A DNA stretch of 18,791 bases from Caldisphaera sp. GTDB taxonomy: Archaea > Thermoproteota > Thermoprotei_A > Sulfolobales > Acidilobaceae. The notes beneath the pieces are model-generated. The model was not told the DNA's origin. It did not search any database and saw nothing but the letters and a program-made list of their open reading frames with translations. Location of the stretch: contig JBMFKU010000023.1 in assembly GCA_049971805.1 (NCBI GenBank), positions 1-18,791 of the forward strand. The letters are read 5' to 3'. The translations under genes and the position numbers were made by a program. This document shows, piece after piece, positions 8,161 through 15,175 of this stretch (positions are counted from its first letter, which is position 1; every line of letters starts with the position of its first letter).

Positions 8161-9339
8161 ATGAGATCTAATTTATTTGTAAAAGATAGGGTTGCAATTG
8201 TTAGTGCAGGATTGACTAGGTTTATGAGAAGAGCGCAGGAAACACCAAGGGAGTTGGCTTGGGAAGCTTCAAAAATGGCCTTGGATTCTGCTGGGCTAAC
8301 TTTAAAAGACATAGATTGCGTTGTAATGGGATCTGCACCTGATACATTCGATGGGATGCACTTCAAAGGAGAATATTTGGCTGATGGTTCTGGAGCCATA
8401 AATAAGCCAATGACTAGGGTTTATGTAGGAGGAGGGACAGGGGTTTTTGTTCCTGAAGCAGGTTACTGGCATGTAGCAAGTGGGCTATGTAAAAAAGTTT
8501 TAGTTGTAGCTGAAGAAAAAATGAGTCCAGCTCATCCCCATCCACAGTATGTATTTAAATATATCTGGGATCCGATACTGGAAAGACCATTAGATCCTAA
8601 CCTAATTTGGATTTTTGCAATGGAAATGAGAAGGTATATGGCAAAATGTGGAGCCAAGAAAGAAGACATTGCTTTGGTAAGTGTTAAAAATAAGAAAAAT
8701 GCATTAGATCATCCAGCAGCTTTAACTGCTGCAAATATAACAGTCGATGATGTTCTTAAAAGTGAAGTACTTGTATGGCCAGTTAACTTATTAGATATAT
8801 CGCCTGTAACCGATGGGGCTGCAGCATTAGTAATGGCATCTGAAGATGTTGCAAGGGGTATTACAGATTCTCCAGTGTGGGTTGATGGAATTGGGTTTAC
8901 ATTAGAGAATCAACATTGGTATAATAGAGAACTTGCTTTTCCGAGATATCTTAATTATGCAGCAAGAATGGCTTATAAGATGGCTGGAATTGAAGAACCC
9001 TGGAAAGAAATAGATGTAGCAGAACCTTATGATCCTTTCGATTATAAAGAATTGCATCACATTGAGGGATTAATGCTAGCAAGACCATGCGAAGCTTGGA
9101 AACTAGCCAAAGAAGGTTACTTTAATAGAGATGGAGAATTGCCAACTAGTCCAAGCGGTGGTCTATTAGGCGTTGGTAATCCAATTGCTGCCGCTGGAGT
9201 TATGAAAGTAGCAGAGCTATTCTGGCAACTAAGATATGAAGCCGGTAAAAGACAGGTTAAGAAACCCGTGCATAAAGCTGTTGCTAATGCTTGGGGTGAT
9301 TTAATGCAAGCAGCAACAGTTATTGTATTAAGTAATTAG
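8161..9339 (+). CDS. Thiolase-fold protein, Cys-less; Ltp3-like putative retro-aldolase subunit, 392 aa
   Basis: RVAIVSAG, IDCVVMGSAPDTFDG, RVYVGGGTG (Gly at the CxSG Cys position), EEKMS, SPVTDGAAALVMASE, AEPYDPF and SPSGGLLGVGNPIAAAG. ATG 8161 with SD GAGGTGA (8149-8155) overlapping the upstream stop. Confidence 0.9.
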   Translation: MRSNLFVKDRVAIVSAGLTRFMRRAQETPRELAWEASKMALDSAGLTLKDIDCVVMGSAPDTFDGMHFKGEYLADGSGAINKPMTRVYVGGGTGVFVPEAGYWHVASGLCKKVLVVAEEKMSPAHPHPQYVFKYIWDPILERPLDPNLIWIFAMEMRRYMAKCGAKKEDIALVSVKNKKNALDHPAALTAANITVDDVLKSEVLVWPVNLLDISPVTDGAAALVMASEDVARGITDSPVWVDGIGFTLENQHWYNRELAFPRYLNYAARMAYKMAGIEEPWKEIDVAEPYDPFDYKELHHIEGLMLARPCEAWKLAKEGYFNRDGELPTSPSGGLLGVGNPIAAAGVMKVAELFWQLRYEAGKRQVKKPVHKAVANAWGDLMQAATVIVLSN

Positions 9340-9352
9340 GGGGGTGTAAATC

Positions 9353-9883
9353 ATGAGTGTAAAGATAAATAAATTACCTGGAATTAAGCTAAAAGAAGAT
9401 GAAATGTATTCTTTGATCGGATTAGTAGAAGATAGGCCTCAGGCAAAATACGACTTTGCTGCAGGAACAACCATTTCTAAGTTCCTGATAGGATTAAAAG
9501 AAGGAAAGTTACTTGGAAGGAAATGTCCAAAATGTGGCAGAATATTTGTACCTCCTAGATCATACTGTGAATGGTGTCACGTGGCTACATCTGAATGGGT
9601 TGAGGTGCCTCAAACAGGTCAAATACATACTGCAACAATTACGTACATTTCGTCAAAGAGAGAGAAAATAGCAAAGCCTCTTGTTGTTGGAACAATAAAG
9701 CTCGATGTACCTGGATATAGAGATGACGAATATGAGTTTGCGGGGTTATTCCATAAAATATGTATTGATCCTGAAGATGTAATAAATGGAAAAGCAATTG
9801 GAATGAAAGTTAAAGTCAAATGGAAACCTAAGGAACAAAGGACAGGTAGCGTGTTAGATATAGAATGTTTTGAGCCTTATTAG
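9353..9883 (+). CDS. DUF35 family Zn-ribbon + OB-fold protein (ChsH2-C-like, acyl-CoA-binding thiolase partner), 176 aa
   Basis: GLKEGKLLGRKCPKCGRIFVPPRSYCEWC (intact CxxC-x10-CxxC), then OB-fold GQIHTAT...GMKVKVKW. SD GGGGGTG upstream. Confidence 0.92.
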   Translation: MSVKINKLPGIKLKEDEMYSLIGLVEDRPQAKYDFAAGTTISKFLIGLKEGKLLGRKCPKCGRIFVPPRSYCEWCHVATSEWVEVPQTGQIHTATITYISSKREKIAKPLVVGTIKLDVPGYRDDEYEFAGLFHKICIDPEDVINGKAIGMKVKVKWKPKEQRTGSVLDIECFEPY

Positions 9884-9893
9884 GGGTGATAAT

Positions 9894-10346
9894 ATGAGTT
9901 ATGATAAAAAGGGTAGATTGGAGGATTTAATAATTTTCCCAGGAGAGCAAGAAGTTGAGAAATATGTATATACGCCTGGAATTCAAGGAGTTGATTTTGC
10001 CAAAGGACTTATTGAAGGTAAAATTATGGGAATGAAATGCAAAGACAACAAAGTATATGTTCCACCAAAAGCCTTTTGTCCAGACTTTGAAGAAGGAAGC
10101 CTAATTGAAATAAACGACGATTGGATTGTATTATCATACACCGTTATCTATAGCGATATGTATGGAAACAAATTGGATAAACCCAAAGTAATTGGTGTAG
10201 TGAAGCCTAAAAACGGAGAAGGAGGAATCATTCACTTCTTAAACATATCAATAGAGAAGCTAAAAATTGGTATAACAGTAAAACCAGTTTTTAGACCAAA
10301 GAATGAGAGAAAGGGTAATATTAACGATATATTATATTTCGAATAA
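9894..10346 (+). CDS. Second DUF35 family protein with degenerate Zn ribbon, 150 aa
   Basis: GLIEGKIMGMKCKDNKVYVPPKAFCPDF has only 2 of 4 Cys. OB-fold SYTVIY...GIIH...LKIGITVKPVF. Start moved to ATG 9894 (SD GGGGTGA 9883-9889). Confidence 0.9.
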   Translation: MSYDKKGRLEDLIIFPGEQEVEKYVYTPGIQGVDFAKGLIEGKIMGMKCKDNKVYVPPKAFCPDFEEGSLIEINDDWIVLSYTVIYSDMYGNKLDKPKVIGVVKPKNGEGGIIHFLNISIEKLKIGITVKPVFRPKNERKGNINDILYFE

Positions 10347-10355
10347 ATGTTAAAC

Positions 10356-10370
10356 CGAAAAGTTTTTAAA
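10356..10370 (+). promoter_or_regulatory. BRE (CGAAAAG) + TATA (TTTTTAAA) promoter for the solute-binding protein gene
   Basis: A purine-rich BRE directly precedes the TATA box, which ends about 27 nt before GTG 10397. Confidence 0.6.
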
Positions 10371-10396
10371 TTAATTTATTTTTTATATAATAGGCG

Positions 10397-13126
10397 GTGC
10401 CTATTGAAGTAGGTAAATTGGGGAATTCGAAATCTGTATCTAAGGGGGTTTTAGTTGGTCTTATAGTTTTTGTTGTTGTTATAGCTTTTTTAGGAATATA
10501 TCTTGGCCATTTAAGATATAATGAAGTTAAAAAAACTTTCTCGAGTGTTTCAACAACATCTACATCTATGATTTCAATACTAAGTCCAATTTCTCCTTCG
10601 ACAAAAACTATAGAATCCAATCAATCAATTAGTGTATATTTATCTGGACTTATTCAGGGAAAAGGAAATTATGCTGTAGTTTATGACGGAAATGGTTCCA
10701 TAATCAATACTACTTCTCAATATCCGAATATATTTTACAGATATCCTGGAAGCTATTTATTATATTATGAAACTTTCAATAATGGAATTTTAACCGGTTC
10801 TTCCTCACAAAACTTAATTGGTATATCAGTTTATCCAAATGTACCGGCCAATATTTCACAATATATAACTGTTCCAGTTATCACATTTAACATAACTAAA
10901 AACCCAACAGCACCAGTTTTCACAACAGGTGAAGAAGTTTATTTGCTGGCTGGTTTTCTACAGCCACCATCTGGTCAAAACATGACGATTTATGAGTATA
11001 TATGGAATTTTGGTAATGGAAAAACACAAACAGTTATGGCAAATCAATCAACTCTATTACCTGAAACAAATCCAGTTAGTGTAACTTACACCTCACCAGG
11101 TTTATATGCAGTTTCATTAACAATAACAACTAAAAATGTATCATCAGGCAAAACTTATAACTATACAACATATCAAACTGTTGCAATATCTGGTATTAAT
11201 CTAACATTTTCATTATTTAAAACTACATCTAATATACCAAATCCTGGAACTATTATAGTAGCTGAAAACGTACCTGGTGGACCATATAGCTTCGATCCAG
11301 ATATAGATTTAGAGGTAGTTGGAGAAGAAATTATAAGAAATATATTTTCAACCCTTGTAATCTATAATGGATCTAGCACGAACAAATTTTTACCAATGGC
11401 AGCAGAATATTTACCAACAGTTGGTAATTGGTCTCAAAGAGACATTTATGGAGGTATTTCACCAAACTATACAGTTTATACATTTAAGATTAGACCAGAT
11501 TTAAAAGCTGCTAATGGCGATCCTATCACAGCATACGATGTATGGTATTCTATCATTAGATCTTTGTTATGCTCAGGTGGAGTACCACCAACGCCAGGTT
11601 ATTCATTGGCTCAATATTTAATACACAATTATAGTGAATTTATGCCAATAGTTTCATCTCCAAATGACACTCAAGGATTTAATGAAATAATTAACTCAGT
11701 TCATTATAATAACCTAACAAACACAGTTACTTTTAATTTAACGACTAGTGCTAATCCACAATTGTTCTTTAGTATCTTAACAGAATCGGAAGGCTCCGTT
11801 TTAGACGCCAAATGGCTAGAGGAGATTGGAGATGGAATTAATTTTACTCCACAAGGTTTCTTTGAATACGAGCAAACGTGCAACGGAGGTAACTATAATA
11901 CTCAAGTGCAATGGGATCCAATGTCAACTGCACCATATATGATAAAAAGCTATACTCCTGGGCAAAGTATAATTTTAACTCCAAATCCATATTGGCCTAC
12001 TAACATACAAGATATACCAAAACCAAATGAAACTATTGTTATTTATTGGGTAAAGGATCCAAACACTGCATATTATATGTTTACAAGCGGTCAGGCTGAT
12101 ATCTTAACTAATATACCATCACAATACATACCTGAGATAGAAAACTATGAATCCCAGGGACAGGCAGTTATTTATATATATCCTACATATACAGAAAACT
12201 TCTTTGCGTTTACGTTAAATACGAACACAACAATGCTAAAGGATATAAATCCAAGTTATAATATACCAAGCTATTATTTTGCAAATCCATTAGTTAGAAA
12301 AGCTTTTGCATATGCCTTTAACTATACACAATACATAAATGATATTTTAGGCAATGAAAAATATCATATAAACTTTGGAAACAGCTATTGTGGGATATTA
12401 ATTCAAGGACTGGACTATTATTTCCCACCTAACTATTTTAACGGTTGCCCAACATTTAACTTGACATATGCTAAACAATTAATGGAAGAATCAGGTTTCT
12501 ATAATATAAGCGTTAACTTCCCAATAATAGTATCAAGCGGAGATACTGTTGATTTCACAGCAGCAGAAATGTGGGCACAGAACTTGCATGAAATGGATCC
12601 AAATATACAGGCAGTTCCATTATATATGCCTTTCGTCACAATGTATGCATACGACTCCATATATGGTCAAAATCCAATGCCTATATTTTATATGGGTTGG
12701 TCTCCCGGAACTCCAACTGCTTTAGAGTTTGTACAGGGAATGATAGAGCAAGGGGGACCCTATGCTGCACCTGATGGAGTTAATGCTACGTACTTAAGCT
12801 TACTAAGCCAGTATTTTGATACAAAAAATACATATTTGGCTAATTTGTTTGCTAACGAAAGCTATGAATATAGCCTATTAAATAATATTTCCATGAAGGC
12901 TATGGCCGCTGAAGTAGCAGGAAATATTACTGGAGCTTCTATCCTTTATAGAAAAGTTGATCAAATGGTAATTAATTTATATTTATATGTTTATACTGTT
13001 CAGCCAACGAATATGTGGATAGTTAAGCCCTATATAAATGGTTATAATAATCAAATATCATGGGAAGAAAACCCTCTTGCTAACGCAGCTATGGACAGCG
13101 TTTATTGGTGGTGGATTAAAGAATAA
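10397..13126 (+). CDS. Membrane-anchored ABC transporter solute-binding protein, family 5 (OppA/DppA-like), with N-terminal PKD-like domains, about 909 aa
   Basis: N-terminal hydrophobic helix (VLVGLIVFVVVIAFLGIYL), S/T-rich linker and PKD motif YIWNFGNG...YTSPGLYAVSLTI. SBP5 motifs SFDP, YTFKIRPDLK..NGDPITAYDVWYSI.R, STAPY and FANPLVRKAFAYAFNY. Start uncertain (GTG 10397 or TTG 10418). Confidence 0.88.
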   Translation: MPIEVGKLGNSKSVSKGVLVGLIVFVVVIAFLGIYLGHLRYNEVKKTFSSVSTTSTSMISILSPISPSTKTIESNQSISVYLSGLIQGKGNYAVVYDGNGSIINTTSQYPNIFYRYPGSYLLYYETFNNGILTGSSSQNLIGISVYPNVPANISQYITVPVITFNITKNPTAPVFTTGEEVYLLAGFLQPPSGQNMTIYEYIWNFGNGKTQTVMANQSTLLPETNPVSVTYTSPGLYAVSLTITTKNVSSGKTYNYTTYQTVAISGINLTFSLFKTTSNIPNPGTIIVAENVPGGPYSFDPDIDLEVVGEEIIRNIFSTLVIYNGSSTNKFLPMAAEYLPTVGNWSQRDIYGGISPNYTVYTFKIRPDLKAANGDPITAYDVWYSIIRSLLCSGGVPPTPGYSLAQYLIHNYSEFMPIVSSPNDTQGFNEIINSVHYNNLTNTVTFNLTTSANPQLFFSILTESEGSVLDAKWLEEIGDGINFTPQGFFEYEQTCNGGNYNTQVQWDPMSTAPYMIKSYTPGQSIILTPNPYWPTNIQDIPKPNETIVIYWVKDPNTAYYMFTSGQADILTNIPSQYIPEIENYESQGQAVIYIYPTYTENFFAFTLNTNTTMLKDINPSYNIPSYYFANPLVRKAFAYAFNYTQYINDILGNEKYHINFGNSYCGILIQGLDYYFPPNYFNGCPTFNLTYAKQLMEESGFYNISVNFPIIVSSGDTVDFTAAEMWAQNLHEMDPNIQAVPLYMPFVTMYAYDSIYGQNPMPIFYMGWSPGTPTALEFVQGMIEQGGPYAAPDGVNATYLSLLSQYFDTKNTYLANLFANESYEYSLLNNISMKAMAAEVAGNITGASILYRKVDQMVINLYLYVYTVQPTNMWIVKPYINGYNNQISWEENPLANAAMDSVYWWWIKE

Positions 13127-13158
13127 ATATACAATAATATGCATTTTGATAAATTTGG

Positions 13159-13180
13159 TTTTTCTATTTTATAATTTTCT
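13159..13180 (+). terminator. T-rich candidate archaeal terminator after the SBP gene
   Basis: TTTTTCTATTTTATAATTTTCT about 30 nt after the stop. The AT-rich background weakens the call. Confidence 0.35.
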
Positions 13181-13204
13181 CAGTCTGTTTAGTAGGTTTA
13201 ATAT

Positions 13205-13219
13205 GGGAAAGTTTAAATA
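13205..13219 (+). promoter_or_regulatory. BRE (GGGAAAG) + TATA (TTTAAATA 13212-13219) promoter of the two-ligase operon
   Basis: Near-consensus BRE-TATA, followed by SD AGGTGA (13251-13256) and ATG 13263. Confidence 0.7.
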
Positions 13220-13232
13220 TTTATGCTTATCT

Positions 13233-13250
13233 ATATACTATAATGTGTAC
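13233..13250. promoter_or_regulatory. Candidate palindromic operator ATATAC-TATAAT-GTGTAC over the predicted transcription start
   Basis: Full match to RTAYAC-N6-GTRTAY, extendable by T/A flanks (13232 and 13251). It lies between the TATA box and the SD. Confidence 0.55.
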
Positions 13251-13262
13251 AGGTGAAAATGT

Positions 13263-15158
13263 ATGGAAGGAGAATTGTTTTCTTATAAGAAGATAATGAA
13301 GATGAATAAGGAAGGGTTAGAAAATCCTGAAAAGTTTTGGAGGGATAGATTAAATTTAATTTCATGGTTTAAAGAGCCAGTAAAAATACTTGAAGGAACT
13401 CCACCTTATGAAAAATGGTTTGTTGGAGGGATATCTAATTTAGCATATAATGCTGTTGATAGGCACTTACCTAATGAAGCAAATAAGGTAATCTTTTATT
13501 GGATGGACGAGAAAGGAAATACCAAATCGGTAACCTACCAGGATCTATACTATGAAATGAACAGGGCAGCTCATGTTTTAAAAGAAATGGGTGTAAAACA
13601 TGGAGATACTGTATCTATGCTTATGTCAAGTTCTCCAGAAGCTGTTGCATTTGGTTTAGCGGTTCATAGATTAGGAGCCATAGCAGTAATTCATTATGTA
13701 GGTTTGACTGATGAAATTATTGCTACAAGATTTATCGATACAGGGTCTAAGTATGCTATAGTGTTTGCTAATACTATCAATGCAGGGTCTGAAATAAACA
13801 TAAAGAAATACTTTGACAATGTAGCAAATAAATTTAACCTACCAGTTGAAAAAGTTCTTGTAGTAAGTAGAGGAAGTTCTAATTTTGATTTAAAGCAAGG
13901 TAGAGATATGGTCTATGAAGACATAGCACCTAAAGGTAAGGTTTATGTTCCACCTGAACCTGTTGAAGCTAATGAAGTTGGAACGATCTATTATACAAGT
14001 GGTACTACTGGTAAACCTAAAGGTATTACTCATACCCAAATAGGCTATCCAATATCTTTAAACTGGACCTTTAAAGGATTATATGATTTAAGGCCCAATG
14101 ATGTATGGTGGACTGTTTCTGCTCTAGGTTGGCCTGTATGGCCCATGGCTAATCTATATACAGCTCCTGTGTCTGGAATAACTTCTGTGCTTTTCGAAGG
14201 CTATATAGGGGCGAGGCCTGACCTTTGGTCCAGAATAATAGAAAGATTCAATGTTTCATTGATTTGGTCATCAACTACATCTCTATACACTTTAAGGTCT
14301 TTAGGAGAAGAATCTGTAAAGTCTGGTGATACTTCATCTCTTAGAATAGTATTAAATACAGGTGAAACACTAAATGTCGGGTTTTTCAATTGGTTAAGAG
14401 AGCAGCTACCAGATGTATATATTGGGGATGCTTATTGGTTTACTGAGCATTTATCACCAGCAGCAGCTACCCCTTATGGTATAGGAGAAATACCATATAA
14501 ACCAGGTTCTACTGGAATAGAATTTCCATTAAGCAAAGTAGTTATAGTAGATGATGATGGAAACCCATTACCTCCAGGCAAAAAAGGCTACATAGTTTTG
14601 AAGCCATATTCTCCAGCTTTGGGTAAGATGTGGAACGATCCAAACCTAGAAAGATATAGCAAAGTATATACATCAAGATTCCCAGGATATGTGTTCTTTG
14701 GAGACTATGGATTTGTTGATTCTGATGGGTATCTATTTGTTTTAGGAAGAGCAGATGATGTATTAAAACCAGGCGGTGAAAGAGTAGGTACAATGGAAGT
14801 TGAAAGTTTAATCGGAAATCATAAAGCAGTTGCAGAAGTTGCTGCGACAAGCATGCCATCATTTGAAGGTAAAGGAGAAAAGCTTTTACTATTTGTAGTG
14901 CCAATAAAGGGCTACCAACCAGATGAAAAATTATCTAATGATCTCAAAGAATATGCCAAGAACTCAGGATTCATAATTGATTATATAGTATTTGTTAATA
15001 AACTACCTAAGACTAAAAGTGGTAAAATAATGAGAAGACTATTGAGAGCAACTGTTAGAAATGAACCGTTAGGAGATATTTCAACCCTCGATGATCCTGC
15101 TGCATTCGAAGATTTGAGAAGGAGATATGAAGAATTTAAGAAAGCAATGACAAGCTAG
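13263..15158 (+). CDS. AMP-forming acyl-CoA synthetase, divergent Acs/PrpE-like, 631 aa
   Basis: PEKFW...KWFVGG.SNLAYNAVDRH, YYTSGTTGKPKG, TGE, YWFTE, FGD, GRADDV and LPKTKSGKIMRRLLR...GDISTLDDP. Confidence 0.92.
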   Translation: MEGELFSYKKIMKMNKEGLENPEKFWRDRLNLISWFKEPVKILEGTPPYEKWFVGGISNLAYNAVDRHLPNEANKVIFYWMDEKGNTKSVTYQDLYYEMNRAAHVLKEMGVKHGDTVSMLMSSSPEAVAFGLAVHRLGAIAVIHYVGLTDEIIATRFIDTGSKYAIVFANTINAGSEINIKKYFDNVANKFNLPVEKVLVVSRGSSNFDLKQGRDMVYEDIAPKGKVYVPPEPVEANEVGTIYYTSGTTGKPKGITHTQIGYPISLNWTFKGLYDLRPNDVWWTVSALGWPVWPMANLYTAPVSGITSVLFEGYIGARPDLWSRIIERFNVSLIWSSTTSLYTLRSLGEESVKSGDTSSLRIVLNTGETLNVGFFNWLREQLPDVYIGDAYWFTEHLSPAAATPYGIGEIPYKPGSTGIEFPLSKVVIVDDDGNPLPPGKKGYIVLKPYSPALGKMWNDPNLERYSKVYTSRFPGYVFFGDYGFVDSDGYLFVLGRADDVLKPGGERVGTMEVESLIGNHKAVAEVAATSMPSFEGKGEKLLLFVVPIKGYQPDEKLSNDLKEYAKNSGFIIDYIVFVNKLPKTKSGKIMRRLLRATVRNEPLGDISTLDDPAAFEDLRRRYEEFKKAMTS

Positions 15159-15175
15159 AACGAGGTATCGAATAA

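Noticed and set aside
6996-9339. Annotation as acetyl-CoA acetyltransferase / 3-ketoacyl-CoA thiolase, or as the mevalonate thiolase-HMGS-DUF35 module
   Set aside because: The nucleophilic Cys and the GHP His are missing in both proteins, and there is no HMG-CoA synthase gene adjacent.
8161-9339. Visibly higher GC in the thiolase-fold genes as a sign of recent horizontal transfer
   Set aside because: It is explained by Gly/Ala/Pro-rich protein composition. Third codon positions still look A/T-biased and there are no mobile-element marks. Not computed formally.
236-9893. Longest-ORF starts at 236, 6921, 8092 and 9870
   Set aside because: Downstream ATGs (260, 6996, 8161, 9894) have clear SD sequences, remove overlaps with neighbouring genes or promoters and match family N-termini.
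13127-13144. ATATAC-AATAAT-ATGCAT as a further operator copy
   Set aside because: It has two mismatches in the right half-site, including the conserved G, and lies far from the promoter core.
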